IMG/VR virus record: IMGVR_UViG_3300005617_000004
Coordinates: 45,521-109,520 of that record
DNA length: 64,000 nt
Direction: 5' to 3' (one strand)
Source of the DNA: a virus
Both the position numbers and the translations under genes were made by a program. The notes under the pieces were generated by a model, which was given only the letters and a program-made list of their open reading frames with translations, did not search any database and had not been told where the DNA came from. Positions 1-8,950 of the stretch are shown in pieces. The stretch's first letter is position 1. Every line of letters begins with the position of its first letter.

Positions 1-470
1 TGGCGGCCGCCCTTACGGAAGGTCACGCGGATGCCGCGCTTGCTGGTGGAACGATGCGCCTTGCGGCGGGATTTGCGGCGCTTGGCCATGTGATGTCTCC
101 GGTGAGGGTTGGACTTGGTGCCGGCGGCGTCTTTGACGTCGTCGAGGTAGTAGTCGGCAAGGGCCTTGGCGACTTCCTTGCGGTCGGCGGGCGAAAAGGA
201 GCCGTACGACCCGTTGCCGGAGCCGCCATGCTCCTTGGTGTACTTCTGCGCGCCCCAGTTGGCGGCGTACAACCAACCCTTGACGGCGAGCGCAGGGTCG
301 TACGTGCCCTTCTTCATCTTCTTGGCGAGATTCTTGATGATGGGCTGTATGCTCTGTCGGTACATGTCACCGTCGTTGACGATGAATAGCTCGAGCTCGC
401 GTGCCTCGTCGCTCGGGTTGCGACGCCGGCGCCGTGACTTCCTGCGCTTCGGGGCGGCGAAGAACCCCAT
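1..470 (-). CDS. Basic core/internal protein with NP motifs, truncated by the window edge and absent from the ORF track
   Basis: ATG at 470 reads MGFFAAPKRRKSRRRRRNPSDEARELELFIVNDGDMYRQSIQPIIKNLAKKMKKGTYD...TKSNPHRRHHMAKRRKSRRK and stays open to position 1. Confidence 0.8.
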   Translation of the reverse strand, partial: MGFFAAPKRRKSRRRRRNPSDEARELELFIVNDGDMYRQSIQPIIKNLAKKMKKGTYDPALAVKGWLYAANWGAQKYTKEHGGSGNGSYGSFSPADRKEVAKALADYYLDDVKDAAGTKSNPHRRHHMAKRRKSRRKAHRSTSKRGIRVTFRKGGR

Positions 471-473
471 GGC

Positions 474-974
474 TTACTTCCGGGCCCGGCGCGCAGCGCG
501 GGCGCTGATCTTGCGGACGACGCGGCGGCTCACCTTGCGACGGCCCTTGCGGACCTTGATGCGGCCGACGCGGAACCACTTGCCCTTGCGCTTGAACACG
601 CTGCCGACGCGCTTGCCCTTCGGGGGCTTCGGCAGCTTGCGGCGACGGACGGTGTGACGGGCCTTGCGGACGCGACGACCTTTGCGGCGAGCCATGGAAC
701 GCTTCTTTCCACGGCGCTTGCCGTGCTTGCGAGGGTTGGACTTGAGCAGCCGACGCAGCGCGACGCGCTGGGCGGCGGTGAGATGGCCGGGGTTGTGGTG
801 CCAGCGCCAGAACGCGAGCCGCGAGGCGGCGGCGCCCGCAGAAACCCGGCGGCCACGACGCGCGACGCGCTTGCCGCGACGCTTCGGATTACGGCGGCGC
901 ACGATGCGCACCGTGGCGATCTCGTTCTCGTTCGGGCGGGCGTTGCGACGATAACGGCGGTAGTGGCGTCTCAT
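474..974 (-). CDS. Protamine-like Arg/Lys-rich DNA-condensing core protein
   Basis: 166 aa, extremely basic, three NP motifs (RRRNPK, HHNPG, KSNPR), lies in an operon with its neighbours. Confidence 0.7.
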   Translation of the reverse strand: MRRHYRRYRRNARPNENEIATVRIVRRRNPKRRGKRVARRGRRVSAGAAASRLAFWRWHHNPGHLTAAQRVALRRLLKSNPRKHGKRRGKKRSMARRKGRRVRKARHTVRRRKLPKPPKGKRVGSVFKRKGKWFRVGRIKVRKGRRKVSRRVVRKISARAARRARK

Positions 975-1023
975 GGGTGTGTCACCTTAGCGAACGAGGG
1001 ATTGTTTTCCAGCACATACTGCT

Positions 1024-1485
1024 TCACCGGTAACGTTCTTCGAGCGCGTTCTTGTTCTGGGCCTTCAGCAAGTAGACGGTGCCGACCGTCAACACGCCGA
1101 TGGCGGTCATGGCCAGCAGGCGCTTGTTGTCGCGCAACGTTGCCGGCAGTGCCTGCATCGTGCCGGAGAACTTGTCGCGCATCTTCGGGTTGGACGACAT
1201 CACCAGCGCAGAACCGGCAACGCCCACCACCGCACCGATCAGGGCCAGCGACTTGCCGGTGGCGTCCTGCGTCGCCTGTGCGGCGGTCAGCTTCATGGTG
1301 CCGGGCTGCTCGTTGGTGAAGATGGCACGCGCGGCCGGGTTGGCGCGCAGCAGCATCAGGCCGCCCAAGATGCCGACGGTCGCGCCGCCCAGCGACAGGA
1401 CTCGGCCCCAGGCTTCACGCTTGGCGTCGTCGGCGGTCAGCTTCAGGGTGACCGGCTTGGTGAACTCGGGAGCCAGCAGTCCCAC
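1024..1485 (-). CDS. Virion membrane protein with three hydrophobic segments
   Basis: Three hydrophobic helices separated by short basic linkers containing NP. Confidence 0.65.
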   Translation of the reverse strand: MGLLAPEFTKPVTLKLTADDAKREAWGRVLSLGGATVGILGGLMLLRANPAARAIFTNEQPGTMKLTAAQATQDATGKSLALIGAVVGVAGSALVMSSNPKMRDKFSGTMQALPATLRDNKRLLAMTAIGVLTVGTVYLLKAQNKNALEERYR

Positions 1486-1488
1486 GGG

Positions 1489-1674
1489 TTACTTCCGCTT
1501 GGACCGGCGGCGCCACAGCCAGTAGCCGCCCCCAACCAGTGCCACCATCGTCAGGTAGCGCGTAACGCCGGGTACGCTGATGCCGCGGTGAACCACCAGG
1601 GGCTTCAACGTGACCGGGTCGACTTCGGTCACCGTCTGGGTGATGCCGATCTGATCAAGGAAAGGCGTCGGCAC
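1489..1674 (-). CDS. Small tail-anchored membrane protein
   Basis: C-terminus MVALVGGGYWLW followed by RRRSKRK. Confidence 0.7.
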   Translation of the reverse strand: MPTPFLDQIGITQTVTEVDPVTLKPLVVHRGISVPGVTRYLTMVALVGGGYWLWRRRSKRK

Positions 1675-1677
1675 GGG

Positions 1678-2025
1678 TTACTTCTTGAAGATCAGGAAGC
1701 CGATGCCTGCAGCGACCGCGACGAGGCCGAGGTTCTTGCCGCTGAGCAGCGAACCGATGTCGAACGCGCCCATGCCGGGCATGTAGCCGCCAGCCAGCGC
1801 GTCCTGGTACCCGACCTGCACTTCGGTCTGGTCCATGTCCTCGACGAGGCCCAGGCCGCTGAAGCCGGGCAGGAACTCACCGCCGGCACGCGGCAGCTTG
1901 CGGGCCACCGGCGACCGCAGCCGACGATCGGCGCGGGGGTCCAGGTTCCGCGCCGCGGGCGCGCGCAGGTGCTTCACCTGCGGGGACGACAGACGGCGCG
2001 CAGGAGCGGCATTGATGGACTGCAT
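1678..2025 (-). CDS. Tail-anchored membrane protein with GLG/GMG motifs
   Basis: Contains FSGLG and MPGMG; C-terminus LGLVAVAAGIGFLIFKK. Confidence 0.7.
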   Translation of the reverse strand: MQSINAAPARRLSSPQVKHLRAPAARNLDPRADRRLRSPVARKLPRAGGEFLPGFSGLGLVEDMDQTEVQVGYQDALAGGYMPGMGAFDIGSLLSGKNLGLVAVAAGIGFLIFKK

Positions 2026-2052
2026 GGGGTTGATCCTGGACAGGGTTGCTGG

Positions 2053-2080
2053 AGGGTATGTCAGTTTGGCCGAAACTCAA
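2053..2080 (-). promoter_or_regulatory. Sigma70-like promoter
   Basis: TTGAGT-N16-TACCCT on the minus strand, upstream of the ATG at 2025. Confidence 0.45.
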
Positions 2081-2089
2081 GCGTGCGCA

Positions 2090-3241
2090 TCAACGGAAGA
2101 ACAGGAACGCGCCGATGGCGGCCGCGGTGCCGAGCAGGCCGGCAGCGCCGGTCGACTCGGCGGGCTTGCCCTGCGCCGTGTTGATGACGCCGGTAACCTG
2201 ATCGCTGGAGGTGAACGCCGCGTCGACCATCTTGTCGCGGGCCTTGAGCTCCTGTGCGCGCTGGGCGAACTGCGGATCGCCGCGCAGCCCCTTGGCGATG
2301 TTGACCCGCACCGCCTCGTGGTACTCGGGGGTCGCGGTCATCGCCAGGGTTTTGTCGCGGAACTCATCCATGTCGCGCTTGGCGGCGGCGACCAGGGACC
2401 CGGTCTTGTTGCGGATCTCGTGCACCGCCTGCTGGCCGCTGAACGTCCGGCCGATGGCGTCGATGTCTTCGGCGAACATGTGGTACGGGTTCTGCAGCTT
2501 CTTCTCGAACATCAGGGCGACGCGCTTGCTGTTGCGGTCCCAGGCGTCGTTCCACTTCTTGGCCTTGGCTTCGCCCTTCTTGTCGCCGACCAGCCGCGCA
2601 CCGGCAGCGCCGGTCTTCAGGACCGCGTCACCGACGACTTGCACCGACTTGGTCTGCGCCTTCGCGACGGTGCCGGTCAGGAACTTCTTGATACCCAGGG
2701 CGCCGAGCCCTTCGAGCAGCTGGCCGGACGCCGCCAGCTGCTCGGCAGCCGCGTACTCCTGCTCCCCCACCTGATTCTTGGCCGCTTGCACGGTGGCCTG
2801 CGTGCGGCGCCCGTAGCCTTGGATCTCGTCCTTGGCGGCCTCGATCATCTTGTGGATCTGCTTCTTGGCGATCGACCCACCGACCAGGGTGCCGATGGCA
2901 ATCAAGGCCGCCACGACCCAGCCGACGATGGGCACCACGCTGGCGGCGGTCGCTGCGGTCATGCCGGCCGCCATGGCGGCTCCGGTGGCGACCGCAACGC
3001 CCGCAGCGGTGTCGAACAGCACACCCGCCGCGACGCTGACCGCCATCTGGGCCACCGCCTGTTCGGTTGCGGCCTCGATCATGCGCTTCTTGAGCAACGC
3101 CGCTTGGTCGTTCATGCTGGTCAGGGCCAGCTGCGGTTCCTGCGCGACCTCATCGGCACCCAAGAACTCCGGCTCGAGATACCGCCGGTAGCGCGGCAGC
3201 ATCAGCGAACGGCCCGCGGGGTCGACGAGGTACTGCGGCAT
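2090..3241 (-). CDS. Helical membrane-associated virion protein, possibly for DNA entry or membrane fusion
   Basis: 383 aa with a long Ala/Val hydrophobic hairpin (VPIVGWVVAALIAIG), coiled regions, LEGLG and a C-terminal TM ending FLFFR. Confidence 0.6.
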   Translation of the reverse strand: MPQYLVDPAGRSLMLPRYRRYLEPEFLGADEVAQEPQLALTSMNDQAALLKKRMIEAATEQAVAQMAVSVAAGVLFDTAAGVAVATGAAMAAGMTAATAASVVPIVGWVVAALIAIGTLVGGSIAKKQIHKMIEAAKDEIQGYGRRTQATVQAAKNQVGEQEYAAAEQLAASGQLLEGLGALGIKKFLTGTVAKAQTKSVQVVGDAVLKTGAAGARLVGDKKGEAKAKKWNDAWDRNSKRVALMFEKKLQNPYHMFAEDIDAIGRTFSGQQAVHEIRNKTGSLVAAAKRDMDEFRDKTLAMTATPEYHEAVRVNIAKGLRGDPQFAQRAQELKARDKMVDAAFTSSDQVTGVINTAQGKPAESTGAAGLLGTAAAIGAFLFFR

Positions 3242-3681
3242 TACTTGCGCCGCAGGAACAGGTACAGGGCGCCGAGGGCGACCGCGCCGCCGAGCACGAG
3301 CGCCGGGGTCGGGATGGTGGTGCCGCCGACCTGAAGGCCGCCACCAGCGTCCTGCGCGGTGATCTGAGCTTGTGCGGCGGCAGCGGCGGCCTTGACCGCG
3401 GCGGCTTCCGCACGCTTCGCGTCCTCTTCCTTGGTGCGGGCGCGCTTCTCGTCCATCTGCTGCTGACGCAGGGTGTAGGCGGTCGACCCGACGGTGGTCA
3501 GTGCTTGGATCAGGGGCCCGATCGACTCGACCCAGCCGAGGTCTTCACCGGGCAGGTTCGACGGGGCTTCAATGTTGCCGCGTCGGATGATCAGGCCCGT
3601 GTTGGTGGTCGGCCACACGCTGTCGCCGCCATGACGTGACAGGGACCGCGTCATGAACGCCGGGGTATTGCGATAGCCCAT
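3241..3681 (-). CDS. Tail-anchored membrane protein
   Basis: C-terminus LVLGGAVALGALYLFLRRK. Confidence 0.7.
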   Translation of the reverse strand: MGYRNTPAFMTRSLSRHGGDSVWPTTNTGLIIRRGNIEAPSNLPGEDLGWVESIGPLIQALTTVGSTAYTLRQQQMDEKRARTKEEDAKRAEAAAVKAAAAAAQAQITAQDAGGGLQVGGTTIPTPALVLGGAVALGALYLFLRRK

Positions 3682-3717
3682 GGTGCGCAGTGTGCGCAGT
3701 TATGGAGCAAAGGCAAG

Positions 3718-4077
3718 CTACCCCTCGGGGTATTCCTCGTTCTCCTCCTTCAGCACCTCGTCAATGTTCTCGTCCGCACCGGCTTCGGTGTCGACCGCGT
3801 CGCTCAGGTCCGAGTCGAAGGTCGGGTTGAGCTCCTGCTCGTTGGCGGCCGCGCCCTGGGGTGGCGGCCGCTCACCCTCGACGTCCACCGCTTGGTAGCA
3901 GGCGGCGCACTCGATGATCGCGTCGCCGTTCTTGTCCTGGACGGTGATGGCGGTGCCACGAGGCACTTGGGTCGGCGGCAGGGCTGCCCGCAGGCCGCAG
4001 ATGCAGACCCATTCGATACGGGTGTCGGGCGGCGGCATGCGCCGGACGGGCTTATCCAGCAGGTGGTAGATCGTCAT
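3718..4077 (-). CDS. Zn-ribbon protein with acidic tail
   Basis: CICG ... CAAC and a Glu/Asp-rich C-terminus. Confidence 0.55.
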   Translation of the reverse strand: MTIYHLLDKPVRRMPPPDTRIEWVCICGLRAALPPTQVPRGTAITVQDKNGDAIIECAACYQAVDVEGERPPPQGAAANEQELNPTFDSDLSDAVDTEAGADENIDEVLKEENEEYPEG

Positions 4078-4208
4078 GGTCGTCCTTCAGGAACAGGTCG
4101 CGGATGAGCCGCAGGGTGGTGTACATGCAGGCGTACAGCATCGCCAGGGTGGCGCCGGCGCACAGGATGGTCGTCACCAGCTGCGGGCTGATGTTGGGCG
4201 GTACGCGG

Positions 4209-4475
4209 TCAATCACGGTGGTAATGCTCGCCGCGCGGCCGCAGCTTGGCCAGGGTGGTGACGTCCTTGGCGATCGACGGGTCGTCCAGATACGCGCACA
4301 GCGCACGCTTCGTGGCGTCGTCGCGCTTGCTTTTCTCGTACTCGCCGCGCAGCCAATCGAGGTATAGCAGGCCGGCGTCGGTGCGGGCGATGTCGTCCAG
4401 CGCGGCGCCTTTGTAGCGGCCGAAGGTCAGGACGAAGCGGGTGGCTTCGGCGTAGGTCGTGGCGGTGGCGGGCAC
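4209..4475 (-). CDS. Small FGKYKG-motif protein (DUF3820 / ExoX C-terminal-like)
   Basis: LTFGRYKG...YLDWL. Confidence 0.6.
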   Translation of the reverse strand: MPATATTYAEATRFVLTFGRYKGAALDDIARTDAGLLYLDWLRGEYEKSKRDDATKRALCAYLDDPSIAKDVTTLAKLRPRGEHYHRD

Positions 4476-4484
4476 GTAGTGTTC

Positions 4485-5249
4485 CTAGGGGATTTCGCGG
4501 TGGAGATAACCGTTGAGAACGCAGCGGACCCAATGGCCGCTGCAGTGCGCTTCGTCGGCCAGCTGCATTTTCACCATGAAGTTCTGCATCGAAGGCAAGA
4601 ACAGCGGCGTACAGAGGGCCGCACGGTAGTTGTCGTCGCGGGCCTTGTACAACGACTCGAACGGAAGGTGGAGATGCCACTTCTCGCCGATCTGCACGAT
4701 GATCTCGGTCACCTTGCCGTGGTAGCGGTTAGTCAGCCCCAAGGTGTCTGCGCCGGAAGACAACTGGAACTCCAATTCCCACACGGTGTGCTTCTTCGGC
4801 CAGTAGAGTTGGCCGATGGTCGTCGGATAGGAACGCCCGTCTTCTGGGCGCGAGCGTCGCGGTTGGCCCCACTCGGTCTCTCCCGGGTGCGTGATATCAT
4901 CCGCGCGGCCGCCGCTGAAGAAGTAGAGCGTCTTGGTTCCTCGCTCTACTGGAACGGTATCCCACAACGGCTGCCATATAGTCTCCAGCTTGATATCTCC
5001 GCGCAGAGAATCCTTCCACTGGGTCAGGAGGCATCCGCAGTTGCCGGGGCCCCCTTTCGGAGGTGGAAACCGCTTCGGGTCCGGGAAGGCTCGCTGACGC
5101 TTCGGGTTGAGCGACGTCACGACGTCGGTTTCGGTCAGTGGCGCCGGGAGGCGGAACTTCGGTTCCTTGGCCAGCCGAGCGCGCTTCTCGGCTTTCTGTT
5201 GTGCTGGGGTGAGAGGAGGGCAGTCGTTTCGTTGGAGATAGCGGACCAT
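4485..5249 (-). CDS. Putative single jelly-roll capsid-protein paralogue
   Basis: Beta-rich C-terminal domain: IWQPLWDT..LYFF..GQL..IGEK..PLFLPSMQNFMV..LNGYLHRE. Confidence 0.4.
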   Translation of the reverse strand: MVRYLQRNDCPPLTPAQQKAEKRARLAKEPKFRLPAPLTETDVVTSLNPKRQRAFPDPKRFPPPKGGPGNCGCLLTQWKDSLRGDIKLETIWQPLWDTVPVERGTKTLYFFSGGRADDITHPGETEWGQPRRSRPEDGRSYPTTIGQLYWPKKHTVWELEFQLSSGADTLGLTNRYHGKVTEIIVQIGEKWHLHLPFESLYKARDDNYRAALCTPLFLPSMQNFMVKMQLADEAHCSGHWVRCVLNGYLHREIP

Positions 5250-5251
5250 GA

Positions 5252-5890
5252 TCAACTCCGGTAGATGGGAAAGCCACCCACAGGGCAGCCGTAGACGGCG
5301 GTATCGAAGGCGAAGGTGGGTTGGCCGGCGGACCACGCCTTGAGCTGCTTGGTGCTGATCTTCCAGCCCGGCATCGGCTCGTTCGGCTTGCCATTGCGCG
5401 ACGCGCTGCGGTAGTTCATCACCTGCAGTCGCTCGGTCGCAACGTAGTCGCGCACCGCCTCGTACGGCACGACGATGACCCGGTCGACGCCGACGGCCAT
5501 CGCACGGCGCAGGGCAAACAGGTCAGCGGAGTCCGACGCGCGGATGGTGTGGATCCAGAACACGTAGTGGAGTCGCACCCGGTTGCGGCGCACGAACCGC
5601 TCCGCGCGGTCCAGGATGTGCTCGTACAGGATGCCGTTCTTGCCCTTGCCGATCGACTTGCATTCCAGGTAATGCTTGCTGTCGACCTCGAGGTCGGGGC
5701 AGATGCCGGCACGGCCATCGGTGCACATGCGGCGGCCGCCGATCACCTTCGACACCGCCTCCTCGACGAAGTCACCGGTCGCGTTGCGACACTGGGCCCA
5801 GCTGTAGAACTCGACGTTGCCGACCCAGTCCCAGATGGGCAGCTGTGCACCGTCTTGCCGGCAGGCGGGGAGGCGGAGGGGCTCTACCAC
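5252..5890 (-). CDS. PD-(D/E)XK family nuclease
   Basis: E...ICPDLEVDSKHYLECKS motif; probable GTG start at 5890. Confidence 0.6.
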   Translation of the reverse strand: MVEPLRLPACRQDGAQLPIWDWVGNVEFYSWAQCRNATGDFVEEAVSKVIGGRRMCTDGRAGICPDLEVDSKHYLECKSIGKGKNGILYEHILDRAERFVRRNRVRLHYVFWIHTIRASDSADLFALRRAMAVGVDRVIVVPYEAVRDYVATERLQVMNYRSASRNGKPNEPMPGWKISTKQLKAWSAGQPTFAFDTAVYGCPVGGFPIYRS

Positions 5891-6051
5891 ACGTCGCCCC
5901 ACTCGAAGCTGCACGCCCACAGGTTGATCGCAAGGTGCCAGCCGTCGTAGTATTCGCGGTAGATGCCCGGTGTGACGCCGGGAAACCAGTAGAAGCGGAA
6001 CGTACCGTGGCGCACGAACCGCCAGAAGGAGGGCGTCTCGTTGGGGCTCAC
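5884..6051 (-). CDS. Small Trp-rich hypothetical protein (55 aa, not in the ORF track)
   Basis: GTG overlaps the upstream stop; reads MSPNETPSFWRFVRHG...FEWGDVW. Confidence 0.45.
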   Translation of the reverse strand: MSPNETPSFWRFVRHGTFRFYWFPGVTPGIYREYYDGWHLAINLWACSFEWGDVW

Positions 6052-6356
6052 CGCTGCCACCATGGCTTCTTACCCATCCATGGCGGGCGTCGGTCACCGC
6101 GGCGCTGCGTTGCATCTGGCGCTAGCGGGTACATCTCAAGTATGAGGGAGGGACGAGGCGTATCCCGCATGCGCTGCTCAAGCCGCCGCAATTCCTCTTC
6201 GAGTGGTGGAGGCACGTCATCCGCCGCGATCAACGCCGCTTCCTGCTCGGTGGCGCGGCGAAGGACGCCGGCCCGCATCAACTCCTCCAGAGTCTTGTAC
6301 TCTGGTTTCCAGGCGCCGGCGTTGGCGATCGCATAGACGACGCCGTCGGGGCCCAT
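6048..6356 (-). CDS. Hypothetical protein
   Basis: Translationally coupled to its neighbours. Confidence 0.55.
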   Translation of the reverse strand: MGPDGVVYAIANAGAWKPEYKTLEELMRAGVLRRATEQEAALIAADDVPPPLEEELRRLEQRMRDTPRPSLILEMYPLAPDATQRRGDRRPPWMGKKPWWQR

Positions 6357-6733
6357 TAGAACGGGGCGCTTTCAAGCGCCTGGACCTTCTCCACCCGGAG
6401 CTCGGCCTTGATGATCGGCATCAGCCACTTGCGGTAGATCGGAGATCCGAAGTTCTTGGCCCGCTGCTTGCGCCCCTCGCCGATCGCGCGGAGTGCGCGT
6501 ATCGTCATGATCCGCTTTACCCGGGTATCGGGTTTCCGGTGCCGCCGAACGCGGGCCGTCAGGTGCGCCGCGCACAGCTTCTGGTACCACTCCGGGTTCT
6601 CGCTGATCACCGTCCGGACCGCAGCCCCGACGTTCACTTCACGCTCGGCTGGGGTGAGGATCACCTCCAGCCGGTTCCGCTCCAACTCATCCGCCATCGC
6701 CAGGGCCATCCGTTGGATTGGTGTCTGCCGCAT
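6356..6733 (-). CDS. Basic hypothetical protein
   Basis: Coupled ORF, 125 aa. Confidence 0.6.
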   Translation of the reverse strand: MRQTPIQRMALAMADELERNRLEVILTPAEREVNVGAAVRTVISENPEWYQKLCAAHLTARVRRHRKPDTRVKRIMTIRALRAIGEGRKQRAKNFGSPIYRKWLMPIIKAELRVEKVQALESAPF

Positions 6734-7160
6734 GGGGATCCGGTTGTGGCGACTCCATAGTGGCTGTCAACTGCTTCTCGAAGAACGCCAGCAGGTCGGC
6801 GATCTTGCCGCCGTAGTAGTCGGCTTTGTTCTCGGGGTCCTGCGCCAGCATGTAGGTGCCCGGCTCCCAGCCGTCGAGATGGAATCCCTCGGCCAACGCC
6901 TGCAATTTCTTCTTGCCGAGCAGCTCACCGGTCTTGAACACCCAGGTCTGTACGTCTGTGTGAGACAGGATGAACGTCGCGTGCACAGCGTCGCGGTCGT
7001 CCAGGTGCCGCAGGGTCAGGTTCGGCACCGGCGCGTGGTCGATCAGCTCCCAGGCGACGCCGGCCACGGTGATCAGGCCGACCCGCTTGCCGGCGGGCGT
7101 GTCCTTGTAGGCAGGGATGGCGAGGGGATCGGCCTTGCGGCTGAGGAAGGGGATTTTCAT
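6687..7160 (-). CDS. Hypothetical protein, first gene of the leftward block
   Basis: 157 aa with typical codon usage. Confidence 0.6.
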   Translation of the reverse strand: MKIPFLSRKADPLAIPAYKDTPAGKRVGLITVAGVAWELIDHAPVPNLTLRHLDDRDAVHATFILSHTDVQTWVFKTGELLGKKKLQALAEGFHLDGWEPGTYMLAQDPENKADYYGGKIADLLAFFEKQLTATMESPQPDPHAADTNPTDGPGDGG

Positions 7161-7210
7161 GGGCGTACTAATTCCTGGGGTAATTCGGCCGTAATTCCGG
7201 GCCCTGAGAA

Positions 7211-7236
7211 GTTACGCAAGGGCTGCCTTGCGTAAC
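7211..7236. repeat. Perfect 11-bp inverted repeat (hairpin or operator)
   Basis: GTTACGCAAGG-GCTG-CCTTGCGTAAC. Confidence 0.75.
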
Positions 7237-7344
7237 CGCGTGCAGAGCGTATTTCCGACGTAAGTCCTTGGTATCAGTGAAGATAAGCCAAGAAATCGGT
7301 AGGCCGTCCTCGGCATTTCCCGCGATTTTTCCAGGGGTTTGGGG

Positions 7345-7578
7345 TTATTTCGGGGATTTCCCTGGGGTTTTTCCCGGGATTTTCCGCACCGGTGCCGCGG
7401 GCCCCGCCGATGCGAGCGCGGTGGTGGGGTCGGATACCACCTCCTCCGACGCGATCGGCACCAGTACCGCCACGGGCTTGCCGTACCGGATAATGGTGAC
7501 CCGCTCGTTGCGGAACTCCACGCTGTTGAGGATGCTGTTGAGCGTCTTGCGCAACTGCGAGGTGTTGGCTGACATCAT
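7345..7578 (-). CDS. Orphan Phd/YefM-family antitoxin-like DNA-binding protein
   Basis: NTSQLRKTLNSILNSVEFRNERVTIIRYGKPVAVLVP; no adjacent toxin gene. Confidence 0.8.
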   Translation of the reverse strand: MMSANTSQLRKTLNSILNSVEFRNERVTIIRYGKPVAVLVPIASEEVVSDPTTALASAGPAAPVRKIPGKTPGKSPK

Positions 7579-7621
7579 GGAGATGTACATCTACGGCAAG
7601 ATGTACGAAAGCAAGCCATTG

Positions 7622-7650
7622 TTGCAACTCTGGCCCCGGATGCGTAGCAT
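7622..7650 (+). promoter_or_regulatory. Promoter of the rightward structural block
   Basis: TTGCAA-N17-TAGCAT upstream of the ATG at 7705. Confidence 0.45.
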
Positions 7651-7704
7651 GCGCATCGTACACCTTTCCTCCGCGCTTATGCGCAAACCCCAAGGACGCT
7701 CACC

Positions 7705-8205
7705 ATGAGCCTGCTCGACATCACCGCCCAGGAACTCAACTCGCTGGCCGCACCGGTCCAGGCACAGGTCAAGGCCCTGCTGAACATCCGCCAGGGGCTG
7801 TTCGACATCCTCGGCGCGTTCCCGCAGGACAACGTCCTGCCCTACTTCTACAGCTGCCAGAACACCACGGCGGACAACACCGCGATCACCGCCAACGGCA
7901 CGGTGCAGAACTCGATCCGCATCAGCGCGGACTCGGCGTTCATCGCCATCTCGGTGCGCGGCACCTCGGACGGCGACTTCACCGCGTTCATGCGCCAGGA
8001 CGCCAGCGACCGGCAGCTGATGAACATCGCGGTCAACTCGAACGCGATCATGGGCACCGCCGAGCGCCCGGGCTTCTTCCACAAGCCGCTGCTGCTCGCC
8101 GCCTCGACCACGGTCAGCTTCGACTTCACCGACCTGTCGGGCTCCACGAACCAGCTGTGGTGGACCCTGGCCGGCTTCAAGGTGTACAACCGCAAGCTCG
8201 GCTAA
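7705..8205 (+). CDS. Putative single jelly-roll capsid/penton protein
   Basis: 166 aa with an all-beta pattern (ISADSAFIAISV..GTAERPG..KPLLL..LAGFKVY) and strongly biased codon usage. Confidence 0.55.
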   Translation: MSLLDITAQELNSLAAPVQAQVKALLNIRQGLFDILGAFPQDNVLPYFYSCQNTTADNTAITANGTVQNSIRISADSAFIAISVRGTSDGDFTAFMRQDASDRQLMNIAVNSNAIMGTAERPGFFHKPLLLAASTTVSFDFTDLSGSTNQLWWTLAGFKVYNRKLG

Positions 8206-8251
8206 TCCCGAGGCTTGCGCTTGATGGCCCTCGAAGCACCCTGGAGGCGTC

Positions 8252-8938
8252 ATGCCCCTTGATGAAGATGACAGCATCGTGTCGCATTCGCGTTACGACC
8301 AGTTGTTCGGCTCGCCGCCCACCGTCTCGCCCCTGGAACAACCAGGGGCGAAGGGGCGCATGCACTCTCGAGAAATCTTCGAGGGTGAGCCGCCGGGCAC
8401 CCTGCAGCCCGCGCCGCTGCTGACCCCCGTGCAGCGGGCGATCGTCGACGCAACCGTCGATCGTCTCGCCAAGATCGCGCGCAACACCAACTTCACCGCG
8501 TCGCTGCCCGCGCACTCGGTGCCGATGTACTGGTCCAACAACATCGACAAGTCGGCCACGGTCGTGGTGCCGGCCGCGGTGACCCCGTACCAGACGGTGG
8601 TCGAATACACCGCGCCGCCGAGCCGGTACGGCCGCATCAGCCAGTACGGGTTCGACGTCGCTGGGGGTGCCTATACCTACGACGGCTCCTTGCTGTGGCG
8701 GTTCATGCTCAACGGCGTGCCGGTGCAGGACCTGTTCGACATCGCCGAGCACCGCGGCTCCCTGGTGCAGCCGGCCGAGACCTTCATCATCGTGCCCATG
8801 GGCCAGAAGCTGCAGTTCCAGGTGGCACGTGCAGTCGCTGCCCTGGCAGACGACACGGTCGCCATGAAGTTCAAGGGCTGGGACTGGCTGCTGCGCCGCA
8901 ACGCAGAGGGCACCAAGTCGTCGATCACGGCGTTCTAA
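8252..8938 (+). CDS. Beta-sandwich virion protein, paralogue 1
   Basis: YTAPPSRYGRI..LLWRFMLNG..FKGWDW. Confidence 0.55.
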   Translation: MPLDEDDSIVSHSRYDQLFGSPPTVSPLEQPGAKGRMHSREIFEGEPPGTLQPAPLLTPVQRAIVDATVDRLAKIARNTNFTASLPAHSVPMYWSNNIDKSATVVVPAAVTPYQTVVEYTAPPSRYGRISQYGFDVAGGAYTYDGSLLWRFMLNGVPVQDLFDIAEHRGSLVQPAETFIIVPMGQKLQFQVARAVAALADDTVAMKFKGWDWLLRRNAEGTKSSITAF

Positions 8939-8950
8939 GAGGATCGCACC

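Noticed and set aside
1835-3334. Long antisense ORFs (also 8177-9628, 30553-31839, 35259-36494)
   Set aside because: Shadow ORFs opposite well-supported genes, expected at this GC content.
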